Shown here in pieces: positions 25,291-37,959 of a DNA stretch of 64,000 nucleotides; position 1 is the stretch's first letter; every line of letters starts with the position of its first letter. The DNA lies in the NCBI GenBank assembly GCA_016748015.1, contig JAAOMT010000521.1, forward strand, positions 94,907-158,906, read 5' to 3'. The notes beneath the pieces are model-generated. The model was not told the DNA's origin. It worked only from the letters and a program-made list of their open reading frames with translations, and searched no databases. This DNA comes from Geosiphon pyriformis uo1. Taxonomy: Eukaryota; Fungi; Glomeromycota. Made by a program: the position numbers and the translations under genes.

Positions 25291-28200
25291 ATATTATGAA
25301 TAACTTAAATGTTTTTCTGTTGTGATAATACCGATCCAAATAATCAATAAAAATTATTTTCTAAATCAAACATTTAAAATGGTTTCTATATTTTTTATAA
25401 GTATTGAGCCAAAAATTATCCAAATACTATTTTAATTATTGAAAAACAAACTATTATAACTGATAATAGTAGGACATATACTGTTATTAAACCAAAAAAA
25501 CTACTACCAGAAGAAAAAAAACTGGCAGTAAATTAGATAAATACATACTTAAATGCATAATATCAATTATACTATCATTTTTTAACATACTTAAAAAAAT
25601 AATTAAAAAATCTTGTCTATAAACAAAATTTTGTCATATAAAAGATAATTAAAGCTCTATGGTCGACTTAGTAAAATTATAAAAAACAACTTTAGAAATA
25701 TAAGTAAAAATTTTGGACATTATACAATTAGATATTTCAAGAGTTTTAACTATTGTCAGAAAAGCTAAAATTCTTATACAAAGATTTGGTTTCCTAGATA
25801 CAAAATTCATTTTATCTTAAATTTTATATAATTTATTTACAAAAAACTTTACTAAGCTTATTAATTTTGAATTAAATAAAATCTTTTAAGTAAAATATTT
25901 CATAAATAGTTTAATTTTAATGAAGCTTAATTTCTTTAGAGAAGATAATGTTATAATTAAAAACCATAGTTTTTATCAATTATTATATATATTAATTATT
26001 AATATTATATAATTAGCCACTCTATTTTTAAATAATTATTGATCTAATCATTAATCTTATTAATAACTTAATTATTGAATAACTATATAAGTAATAAGTT
26101 TTTTAGCATGTAAAAAATTAAAAACATAAAAATTGCTTTTAAATATTCAATCTTTATATATCACTTATTTTTTTTAATTCTTGTAAATATTTGAACATTT
26201 GTGAATAAAATATTATTTGTTAGCATTTATATATTTTATTTTTTCTTGATTTGTATAACTGTTAATCTTAAAAATTATTAAATAAATATTACTAAAATAT
26301 GCAATCAATATCTAATATTGAATTCTAAAAGTGTTAATATAAAGCAAAAAATATATATTAATATGTAGTTTTTTGTTAACAATATAAATTATTTTTTATT
26401 TTCAGATTTTTTTGTTATTTTTTAAAAAGATTAGCAATTAAAATATTTATAAAACAGATTTTATTTATTAATTTAATTTGCTTTTTTAACTTTTAATTAA
26501 TTTTATTATTATATAATTCTGTTCTTTTTTGCTATTTGTTAACTTGTTACTTTAATTTGTAATAACATCTTAGATAACACATAATTAATCAAGAATTAAT
26601 TTACTATATGTAAATAAATTCTTCTTTTTATAATTGTTTTTAAATTATTAGTGTTCATATAAACTTATTAAAAATTTTTGGCTCATATAACACAACAAAT
26701 TCATCTTTCTAAATCTTTTTAAGAAGTAATTTATTCTGTTTTTTTAAGTTTACAAAATAGACAATTAGAGCACCAATTTTACATAATAGTATTATTAATA
26801 TATAAATTTTTTTTAAAACTTTTAAGTTTTGTAAAGAAACATTTGTAAAAATAATAAAATAAAATATATGCAAAACAACAAATCTTTATTTTTTTTATCT
26901 TTTTTTTGATTTTTTTTATCTAGTACAAAATAAAAGATACTGAATAAATTAAATAATAAATAAAAAAATATAATAACAAAGAAAATAAAAAATAACAAAA
27001 ATAATATAAATTCATAAGACAAAGTTTTTATTTGTTTGAGTTGTTATTAAACATAGTATTTCTGTTCATTTTAGCAAATTTTTTTTCTATTTATCTTTTT
27101 TTATATTCAGCTTTTTTTTTTGTTTCCAATTATTATTTTTTTTATTAACTTTTTTTTTATATACTTCTCTTTTTTCTAATTTATTTAATTTTTTTAGCTT
27201 TTTTACATATCTTTTATACTCAGTTTTAGTGTTTCTTAATTTACACTTAATTTTGTTTATATTAGCCATGGTTTTTTTGTGTATTTGTTATGCTTTGGAA
27301 AAATAAAGCACTAATATATATTTAGTACAGGTAAGATTTCTGTTAGTATGCCTATATATATAATTATTCTTTAATAATTATTGTATTATGCCATATTTAT
27401 TATTATGTTTATTATTTATTATTATAGTTTTATATATTTTAATATTGAAAAAAAATTGTTTATTATTTTAATATAAAAATAATTGTAAGTTTTAAAAATT
27501 AGAATTAATACTATTTAAATTAAACCAATATTAAAATATATTTTTATATATAACTTTATATTAATTTTAAACTTGTTAAATAAATGTTTATTTATTTTAA
27601 TTTATAAATAAAACAAATTTAATAATGGTATTTTTTATGTGTTAACTAAATACAATTTAATTAAAACTTAAAATATGTTATAAAAATATTATTTACATAT
27701 TTTTTATATATAACCAATTATTTAAACTTATAATAAGCTATATAAATTAAAAAAATTATTTATTTTTATTTTATTTATGTATTTAACAACTTTTTATTTA
27801 AATACTAATTTAATTTTTATTTTAAACATTATATATTTAAGTTTTAATAACTTTATAATTATTAATATTTTTCTTGCTTCATTGAGTGTATTCTTTTTAT
27901 TATAAATATTTTTTACAAGTGACTAGCCATCCGTTTTATCATTAAATATAATATTGTAATAATTTAATTATATATATATTAATAAAGATTTTATTATTAT
28001 TAAGAATTCTAAATACGTTAATTAAGCCATATATATACCAAAATTTCTAAATAAAAAATTTAAATTTTTAAAAAATTGTATTAAAAAATTAATAATAAAA
28101 ATCATATAAAAATTGTTTTTTCAATAAATTAAATGGAGCATTTTTTAAAAATTTATAACTCAAAATTAAAATCCAGTTTGATTTAAAAACATTTTAAATT

Positions 28201-28329
28201 TAAAAATAATTAACCAAAATTTTCTAAATACCCACAACTCCAAATTAATTAATGTGTAATTGCTAATAAGTAAATAAATATATATGCTTTTAGTAATAAT
28301 ACCATCAAAAACAAAAAAATCCTACAAAT

Positions 28330-28871
28330 TCTTGGTAAAATATATTAAGCTGTATTTTTTATAATATTTGCAGCCAAAGAAAAACGACATGCACCACTCC
28401 ACAAAATTGTTAACAATTTAAGTTTATCAACTCCCACAAAATGTACTTTACAATTTCAGACTTCACCAACATATCGCAGCAAAAAACTTTATATCTCAGA
28501 AACACATGCTTATATTCCTATTAGGAAAATAAAATTATGACTATTTACCTGCCAAACCTGAATCCAACTCAGAAAATTTAGAAGCTATTGAAGGACAATA
28601 TCCAAAAACATAGTCTTTTCGAAGTTTGTGGTTGAACTTAAAATTGTGCTAAAGTAGGAATCGAAGAAATTTGATATCTCTGTTCTAAAAGAAGTTATTG
28701 TCTCAATGCCAAGGAAATTAAAGCACTATTAGAGTCAAATAGAGGGCCAACAAAGTATTAATTGGATCTAATTTTTAATTTGGTGTATAAATTGTAAAAA
28801 AATTAAGTAAATCGGGAAAGTATCAGAATTTTTGTGTTTAAATTTGAATCAGACTTTACTTTTTGGGACTG
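28330..28871 (+). mobile_element. 3' half of a Tc1/mariner element with right terminal repeat
   Basis: LPNLNP..ENL* (SPDLNPIENLW) and IVSMPRKL..GPTKY* (typical Tc1 C-terminus); ends ...gggactg followed by TA at 28872-28873. Confidence 0.6.
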
Positions 28872-29565
28872 TACATGTAGTAGTTAGATAATATTTTTAA
28901 CAAACCATTCAGTAAAGAACCATGCAGAAAAATTAATAAAATAAAATAAAATATCAAATATGTGCAACAAATTTTAATTTCTAAAAGCTAGAAAGATCAA
29001 GGTTGAAGAATCTAAATACATGTATCTCTAGCTCTTTTGAAAACCTTATTTATTCATTTTTGGGTGGGGGAAATATAAGTATTTTTACAAGTGATCGTAC
29101 AAAATCACTGTTCAAACTTGTTGTAATTTTTACAATTTTACAATAGAATGCTAAACTAATATATCAGCCAAATGTATTTAAACTTATTGTATTTTAACTT
29201 ATATTAGTGTGTTACATAAAATCCATTTCTTTCCATTTTTACTGTACGCTGAAATGCCCGAGAGCCACAGAAACGTAGGCAATGAGAAAAATGAAGTTAA
29301 ATAGAGTCGAAACTACAGGTGTACATGAAGTAGCAAAACTCGTCTACATTGCAAAACGGTTAAAAGCCATCGTTACTTGAAATACTAATCAAAGCTTTTC
29401 AAAATGTGTTTACACCTAAATAACATTGATAAGGGAAACGCTTTATAATCAATAACCTTCACGAATAATGGTAAAAATGGACTAATTATGATAGTCTATC
29501 CTATATATTAATATATAAATAAACACCCCAATTCCCCCTCAAATTCTTTATCTATTACAAATTAA

Positions 29566-30117
29566 NNNNNNNNNNNNNNNNNNNNNNNNNNNNNNNNNNN
29601 NNNNNNNNNNNNNNNNNNNNNNNNNNNNNNNNNNNNNNNNNNNNNNNNNNNNNNNNNNNNNNNNNNNNNNNNNNNNNNNNNNNNNNNNNNNNNNNNNNNN
29701 NNNNNNNNNNNNNNNNNNNNNNNNNNNNNNNNNNNNNNNNNNNNNNNNNNNNNNNNNNNNNNNNNNNNNNNNNNNNNNNNNNNNNNNNNNNNNNNNNNNN
29801 NNNNNNNNNNNNNNNNNNNNNNNNNNNNNNNNNNNNNNNNNNNNNNNNNNNNNNNNNNNNNNNNNNNNNNNNNNNNNNNNNNNNNNNNNNNNNNNNNNNN
29901 NNNNNNNNNNNNNNNNNNNNNNNNNNNNNNNNNNNNNNNNNNNNNNNNNNNNNNNNNNNNNNNNNNNNNNNNNNNNNNNNNNNNNNNNNNNNNNNNNNNN
30001 NNNNNNNNNNNNNNNNNNNNNNNNNNNNNNNNNNNNNNNNNNNNNNNNNNNNNNNNNNNNNNNNNNNNNNNNNNNNNNNNNNNNNNNNNNNNNNNNNNNN
30101 NNNNNNNNNNNNNNNNN
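29566..30117. other. Assembly gap (N run) inside the SEL1 array
   Basis: Run of n characters abutting repeat 15. Confidence 0.98.
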
Positions 30118-31692
30118 TTTTTCTAAATTTTTCATTGTTCCCCATCCATTTTGATAAGAAACTGCAAGATTGTATTGTGCATCTAAGTGTCCTGCCTCTG
30201 CAGCTTTTGAATAAAGTTTAAATGCTTTTTCTAAATTTTTCATTGTTCCTAATCCATTTTGATAAGAAACTGCAAGATTGTATTGTGCATCTAAGTGTCC
30301 CGCCTCTGCTGCTTTTGAATAGAGTTCAAATGCTTTTTCTAAATTTTTCATTGTTCCCCATCCATTTTGATAAGAAACTGCAAGATTGTATTGTGCATCT
30401 AAGTGTCCTGCCTCTGCAGCTTTTGAATAGAGTTGAAATGCTTTTTTCTCATTTTTCGTCGTTCCTAATCCATTTAGATAGCAATTTGCAAGATTATATT
30501 GTGCATCTAAATGTCCTGCCTCTGCAGCTTTTGAATAGAGTTGAAATGCTTTTTTCTCATTTTTCGTCGTTCCTTCTCCATCTTGATAACAAATTGCAAG
30601 ACTGTATTGTGCATCTAAATGTCCTGCCTCTGCAGCTTTTGAATAGAGTTTAAATGCTTTTTCTAAATTTTTCTTTGTTCCCAATTCATTATCATAACAA
30701 AGTGCAAGACTGTATTGCGCATCTAAATGTCCTGCCTCTGCAGCTTTTGAATAGAGTTGAAATGCTTTTTTCTCATTTTTCGTCGTTCCTTCTCCATCTT
30801 GATAACAAATTGCAAGACTGTATTGTGCATCTAAATGTCCTGCCTCTGCAGCTTTTGAATAGAGTTTAAATGCTTTTTCTAAATTTTTCTTTGTTCCCAA
30901 TTCATTATCATAACAAAGTGCAAGACTGTATTGCGCATCTAAATGTCCTGCCTCTGCAGCTTTTGAATAGAGTTGAAATGCTTTTTTCTCATTTTTCGTC
31001 GTTCCTTCTCCATCTTGATAACAAATTGCAAGACTGTATTGAGCATCTAAATCTCCCGCCTCTGCTGCTTTTGAATAGAGTTCGAATGCTTTTTCCTCAT
31101 TTTTCGTGGTTCCTTCTCCATTAATATAACAAAGTGCAAGATTGCATTGTGCATCTAAATGTCCTGCCTCTGCAGCTTTTGAATAGAGTTGAAATGCTTT
31201 TTTCTCATTTTTCGTCGTCCCTTCTCCATTAATATAACAAAGTGCAAGATTGTATTGTGCATCTAAATGTCCTGCCTCTGAAGCTTTTGAATAGAGTTGA
31301 AATGCTTTTTTCTCATTTTTCGTCGTTCCTAATCCATTAATATAACAAAGTGCAAGATTGTATTGTGCATCTAAATGTCCTGCCTGTGAAGCTTTTGAAT
31401 AGAGTTGAAATGCTTTTTTCTCATTTTTCGTCGTTCCTAAACCATTTAGATAGCAATTTGCAAGATTATATTGTGCATATAAATGTCCCGCCTCTGCTGC
31501 GTTTGAATAGAGTTTAAATGCTTTTTCTAAAATTTTCATCGTTCCTTCTCCATTTTGATAACAAATTGCAAGATTGTATTGTGCAGTTATATCGCCCGCC
31601 TCTGCTGCTTTTGAATAGAGTTCAAATGCTTTTCTTTGATCTTGTACGGTACCAATTCCATTGTCATAACAATGTCCTAAGAAGAATTGTCC
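30118..31692 (-). repeat. Coding tandem array, 108-bp unit x>=14.5, with a 216-bp higher-order repeat
   Basis: Repeats 7, 9 and 11 are identical in protein, as are 8 and 10. Confidence 0.95.
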
Positions 31693-32010
31693 AAAAGAAT
31701 CTTTTGCATTCGCTGCTTTCTGAAATTCTAGAAATGCTTTTGTTAAATTAGGAATAGTTCCAATCCCATGTTCAAAGGAAAAGCCGAGCAAAATATAGTC
31801 TTTCGAACACTTTAAACTTTTATCATTCAAGCAATTGAATAAGTCTTCAGGTTTTTTTTGATTGCGTTCAAGATATTTTTTCACTAATTCAGCAACTTTT
31901 GAATATTCGCTAGCTGGGTAAATGGCCAAATTTTCTTTGATGGTAATCAATGCTTCTTCAAGCCAGTCGAGGTGTGAAGTTACATTTTCAATTGATGAAG
32001 TTGAAGACAT
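30118..32010 (-). CDS. SEL1-like repeat protein (paralog 2): ~106-aa N-terminal domain + at least 15 repeats, 3' end lost in gap
   Basis: Uninterrupted ORF from ATG 32010; the N-terminal 106 aa differ from paralog 1 at 26 positions; 36-aa SEL1 repeats continue to the gap. Confidence 0.92.
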
Positions 32011-32638
32011 GTTTTGAATATTATGTATGGGTAAAAGAAAAAATTTTTAAGGAGTTCGTCTTGCTAATTAGTAAAGAATTCAATTTATAATCACATTCCC
32101 GAAAAGGCTAGGCATTGAAGAAATGTGAAACCCTGAAAATAGGCGCTTTTACTTCATTCCCTCATTTTACATTCTTAAATGGATAGAGATCAAGGCGCGA
32201 TAAGACTAACTATGCTTGTCATTGTCTTATTGTTATTTTCAGTTTAATGAAAATCTAAAAGTTGACTGATAAAAATCAATTTATTCATGAAACCTATTAC
32301 ATGTTTCGAAAAGCTATAAATGAAAAGCGACGAATGACGAAAAATGACGAAATCAAGGGGCGATATTATCGCGAGGGACCCGAGTATCACTGATGTCCCT
32401 CCACTGTGATAGGATTCATTTTAGAACTGCGCTTGACAAAGTAAGAAAGATGGTTATGCATGTACCAGTTGTTATGAGTTATTGAATGTAGTGTACTATA
32501 TTCAATAAAAATGTACATCTCGAGTCTTTTTTTTTTAATTGATTAATGTTTAAATAAAGTCAAGTCAATTTATTAGAACAGATTTTCTTTCAACCCACTT
32601 TGAATTCTTAAAAACAAGCCTTATTGCTGGCATTTACG

Positions 32639-33000
32639 TTAAACAGAATTTATAATTTTTATTGCTACTTCTCCATCTCTTCCTTGTCTTTCATATTCCA
32701 ATGAACCATGATGTTTTATGGTACTTTCACCAATTAATTCATCAATTAGGGTTGCTTTATAAATTATACCAAACCCTCCTCTAGCAATTTCGTTGATATT
32801 TGACAAACGCTCCCATGAAATCCATTCATAGTAATTCAATCTACCAATATATTTACTATAAATAAGATTCTTAATTATTTCATCAAATATTTTATTACCG
32901 CTTTAAAGTCGCAGTAAAGTTTTTCTAAAAATATGAGCATACGAATTCATAATATTTTTTCGAATGCTTCTCTGGCACATTTTACACTCATTACAATCAT
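32639..33000 (-). pseudogene. Kinase N-lobe fragment
   Basis: CKMC..*SGNKIFDEII..YEWISWERLSNINEIARGGFGIIYKA..EVAIKII* (Gly loop and VAIK), truncated. Confidence 0.75.
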
Positions 33001-35273
33001 AAGTATATGGGAGAATGTTTTTAATTTCTTTGTTTTTCATGATATGGATAAGGGATAAAGGGTTATTAAAAGCTTCTATTAATAGTAGGCTTAGAAAGTA
33101 ATTTTAACTGGGGGAAGTTCGTATTTATTTTGTTTCTCTATATTCACCAATCAATAAATAGAATCATTCATTCCTTAACCCATACTAATAGGTTTAACTA
33201 TGGAATACATTCAAGTAGCTATATTATACATAGATACCAAACAAGTTTCTCATTGTATCATTGTATTATTACTTAAGCGAATAGTTCAATTTCTTTAATA
33301 ATAATAATAAAACGGTTTAGGCTTCGTGTGAAACATGAAAGATAACGTATCAATATTACTCATATAACCTTAATTCCTGACACTAAAGCAGCAAAGCTTT
33401 AATATTAGCCGCTTTTAAATTTTTGTCTTCTGCTCATCAAACATATTGAATTCAAACCTATTTAACAGTGAGTATTTATGATATAATTTTAGTCAAGATT
33501 AAACAAAAATTAATACATAAATTTTTATAAAAAATATTATTTATTATTAATTTTGATAAAAATAATTGAGAGTAATAAATAAATAATAATGTAAAATTTA
33601 ATTTTACAATAAATAATAAAATTATATGAATTTAATTTATTTTCAAGTCCTTGGTTTCAGCTATTCAATTATTATTAAAGAAAAATATTTTATTTTGAAA
33701 GGAATCTAGTGCATGAGGCTAAAAACAATGTGAATAAAAAGTAAGAAAATGGGTTGCTTTTGAGTGGTCAGTGGATAATAAGATGAATGTTAACAAAAGA
33801 GTTTGTTGAATTGGTGTGAGAAATGGTATCAAAGGTTCGAAATTATAATTACGCTTCTGGTTCAAACGATGACCAAAAAAACTGGCTTTAAATCTAATAA
33901 ATGTTTGTCCAATCAATTTTTTTTTCTATTTTACTGACATGATACATTGATCAAACTTTTTAACATGGAATTGCACAAATATAGCATATTCAAAACTTTG
34001 TTCTGTTTTGGAGGCAGTAACATTATCAAATAGTGTTAACATCTGATGAGAAAACTTTCAAAGTAATCTTAACAAACTTTTATTACAAAAGACATTTCAC
34101 ATTTTGATATTAAGTATCATCGAAGCATAAAGGTCAAGGGTTTTTAAGTTAGTATTTTACTAATTTGTTAATTGAGAAAGCTGCAAAAAGTAGAATAATG
34201 TTTCATAAATTCAGAGCTACTATTAAAAATAAAACATTGACAATTTTGATTATCTCACAAGCCTTTGAAAAGTTTTTGTGATGTCATTAACTAGTTTTTA
34301 TACTTTCATATTTTTGGTTTAAAGATTAAATCTTAAAGCGTAAATTTTACATCAAATACAGAATATTAGGCTTATTAATTATATTATCCTCCATTTTAAA
34401 ATTGAGTTTAGTGAAAATATTTTTGGGACTTTTAGGGTAAAACAATATAGATTAGTTCAATTTGTTGGATGTTCTTAAAGGTTTTCTCGAGGAAAATTTA
34501 ACTTTATTTTCAATTTTTGCCTTATATGACAGAAAATTGTTGTGGCGCTAACTTTTCAATAATCGGATGCCTCATTTTTTGAACGTAATATTCAGAGTTG
34601 TCTCATAGTATTAATAGAAAGTTCTTGGATACAAGAAATTTTTGACCCATGAACTTTGTAGCCACATTATTCGATGTTTTACTTGTTTGCAATCTAAATC
34701 ATAGAATTTGTTCTTGTTCCAAAAATGTTTGGCAGTATAGAAAAACACAAAGTCTATACAAATAACTCAGTTACTGTGTCTATATTTAATAATCTACAAT
34801 ATCTGACATGTTAAAGAATCATTTAAGAAAGTTGCAATTGAATTAAAAATATGTGATTGAAATTTTTTAATTTATATTCATAGTTAAAATATGTTTAGAA
34901 AAATAATTTTATAATAAAAATTTAATGAAAATATATTTTTAGTATACCTTCTAGGTACAAATCTAAATTTTTATTAATTTTATAATTTTATTAAAAATAA
35001 ACAACATATAGCTCAATAAATTAATAGATATGTATTAATGTATGCTAATTTTTAAAAATTCAAAATAATTTTTTTTACAAATATAAAATGGTTGAATAAA
35101 AAATGTAATCTTAAAAATTTATTGTTTTAAATACAAATTCCCAAGATTTTTTTTTAAAATACCATTGATAAAGTGATATAATGTATATAAAAAATTATGA
35201 AAATCATAATAGAAATAATTAAAAGTAACAAATAACAAATGTATTGTACTTATTTAAATTTATAAGGCCGAAC

Positions 35274-36190
35274 ATGTCACCTACAATTTTATCCTTTTTG
35301 TTCTTCTTGTGTCTCATTTATACCTTTTGTTTTCAATATATTACCAGTTAAAGGGAAACAAAAACGTGGTTTAAATGAAAATTATGTTTACCCATCATCA
35401 TTAAAACAGAAAAGTATTTGTGAAAAATCCCATAATAAATCACAAAATGAGGTCAAAAAAATTCAATTCTCTCCATCTTTTAAACATAACCCATTTGTCA
35501 TCGAACCCATTCAAAAAAGAAATAACCGACATCCTCATTTCGTATATCAGCTAATAGCAAAGATCAAATATGTAGGATTCTTAAAAAAAGTTGTTGTTAA
35601 CGATAAAGAATTTTTAAATAACCTATCAAAGATTGTACTTTTGCATGGGAAGCATATTGTCAAAACCTCATAATTTATCAAAAATTCTTATTAAAAAGTC
35701 CTCAGATACAAGTTAGGGTTTAGTAACTATATTAATTTCTAATTTTGAAAGTTTCCTACGGAAAAATCAAAAAACAACTTAATATTCGGAATCATTGTGT
35801 AAACAGTCATATTCTGGAAAACTAGAATTGCTTTTGGGGCGATGGATTATGATTTCAATTATTTCACAACGGATCATCGAAAGACGAAATGGGAGATGGT
35901 TTCCCACATTTTTTTATAGCTGTTGGGAACTGTAATGGGTTCATTTTCGGAAAGAATAAAAAAATTTGAATCGAAAAGACCAACCAAATTTAAACACTCC
36001 ACATTTACAGGCTTCGGTTATGGAACTGGTAAGTAAATTTAATTTATATTGAAAAAAATTTTAGTTTTCGCCGTATTTACTGCGCTCGAATACATCACTT
36101 TTGGTCACTCTACAACATATTTGTTTATCACACGGAATTTGGATAGAACCTCCATGTGATTATGAAGATCCAAAAATTTACTTATGTCAT
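35274..36190 (+). pseudogene. Secreted class-3 lipase-like pseudogene
   Basis: Hydrophobic leader MSPTILSFLFFLCLIYTFCF; AWEAYCQ; TFTGFGYGT|intron|VFAVFTALEYITFG; WIEPPCD..PKI. Same intron position as the 39813 gene, with stops and deletions. Confidence 0.65.
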
Positions 36191-36401
36191 CATACGTAAA
36201 AACTTCTAAAGCCACTTAAAAACTTCTAAAGTCACGTAACAGCTATCAGCTTTTTTCAAGATTGCAACGCGTGAAGTAGAAATTTTTTATAAATATAGTT
36301 GATTTTTAAAATTCAAAAAACCCATCTCATTCAATAATAAATCGAAAATCAATGATAAACTAAAAATCTTGCATAATAACAGAAATCCATCAAATTTCAA
36401 A

Positions 36402-37304
36402 ATGATTTCAAATCTCCATCCAGAAAATTATATCAATGGTCCAATGAACCAGATCGCAAAAAATTTCCTTGAGTCGATCAATCGTGGAGAAACTTATTGT
36501 GATATCGCACTCAAAATCCAAAACAATCTTAAAAGTTACAACCTTTCCCTTGAATATCTAATTGAAAAACTTACGAATAGAACACATTATGTTCGACAGT
36601 TTAGATGCCTTCTCGGATTCTGTCATCAGCATATCAAGGAATGTTTTGATCCGATAAAAGCATTTGAAGCTTACGAGGTTGCCTCCGATAATGGTTACTC
36701 GTATGGTCATTTATTCCTTGGAATCTGTTTCGAGATTGAATTTGGCGTGGAAAAAAATCTAGAAAGAGCTTTCGAATTATATTTGATGTCTGCGAATGAT
36801 AATAATGGACATTCCCAATATCGGCTTGCACGGTGTTATCAGCGTGGAATAGGAACCATTGCTGATATGGAAAAATCATTAGAATGGTTTCTTAGATCTG
36901 CTGAATCTGGTCAATTAGGTGCCCAAAATAACGTCGGATGCTTTTACAAATCAGGATTAGGTACTCGGTGAAATCCTGTCAAAGCTTTATATTGGTATCA
37001 AACAGCAGCCATGGCTGGTCTTCCCTGTGCTCAATTTAATTTGGCCGAGTGCTTTCGAGAGGCACAGGGTACAAAAAAGAATGATAAACGAGCATTATAT
37101 TGGTATAAGAAAGCTGCAGCGGGTGGTGATCTTAATGCCAAGGTTCAGCTGGCTAATCTCAACAAAGAACAGGTCATCAAAAAGGAGAAGAAATATGCAT
37201 CAAACGTTTATTTGAGCTCGGCAAGTTGTGATGATCCTCAGGCTCAGTTTGCTCCAAAGGAAATGTACGAAAATCGAAAACTTGGTCTAGATCACCAACG
37301 GTAA
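36402..37304 (+). CDS. SEL1-repeat (HCP-like) protein, intronless, interrupted by one in-frame TGA
   Basis: ORFs 36369-36971 and 37011-37304 share a frame; GLGTR*NPVKALYWYQTAAMAGLPCAQFNLAEC continues the SEL1 repeat through TGA 36969-36971; ~5-6 divergent repeats. Confidence 0.8.
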
Positions 37305-37959
37305 TCCGAAGTTGAACACAAAAAAAAATTGGTGAGATATGAATATCTCGCCAAAAGTAAATGACAAATATTATTAAATGTAGTTTTATCTTTCATTAAA
37401 TAAATAATAATAATAATAATAATAATTTTTATCGTGTTTAGTAAATTATGACCGATTTGAAAAATCTTTTATTTAATACTAAAAATTATTTTATTTTATT
37501 TCCATTAAATACAACAACCAATTTTAAATCATATAATATTGAAATTATTTATTAATTTGTATTTTGCAAAAATATTTATAAATAAAAATTTAACATTATT
37601 CTTTCAATCTTATGAATGTAATTAATTTTACTGTATAAACTTAAAAATTTGTCAAATTTTGTTTAATCTATATACAGCTTGAACAAACTCCTTTTTTATA
37701 AAGGCTTTTGATTTGCTTTTAAATTAGTTCAAAAATAAGACTAATTTGAAAACTTTTGTTTTTAGAGATAATTCAAATAATTTGTCAGTAATTTTTCTTA
37801 TATATATATAGATAAAAAGTGAGATTAAATAAAAAGTTATATAACTTCAAGAAATATAAATTTTTAATTATCTCTTTTTTGCCAGTTAAATTTGTTTAAA
37901 TGCAAAGAGTCTCAAAATTTTTAAAACTTCCATGTTATCCATTTCATATTTCATTAATC

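Noticed and set aside
26822-27269. K-rich and F/L/I-rich short ORFs (also 2370, 4103, 8180, 18886)
   Set aside because: Low-complexity products of AT-eroded DNA with no recognisable motif.
19435-30145. ORFs 19435-20175, 19499-19996, 29555-30145 and the LICNR end of the 820-aa ORF
   Set aside because: Artefacts of reading through N gaps.
30222-31751. Plus-strand ORFs 30222, 30654, 30870, 31518 (and 20910)
   Set aside because: Antisense shadows of the SEL1 repeats.
33700-34150. Possible fifth lipase-like relic on the minus strand
   Set aside because: Only vague similarity; no TFGQPR or GFG motif found.
36969-36971. Selenocysteine or alternative genetic code for TGA
   Set aside because: The site is a variable K/R position, intact genes use TGG for Trp and end in TGA (41394-41396), and no SECIS is evident.
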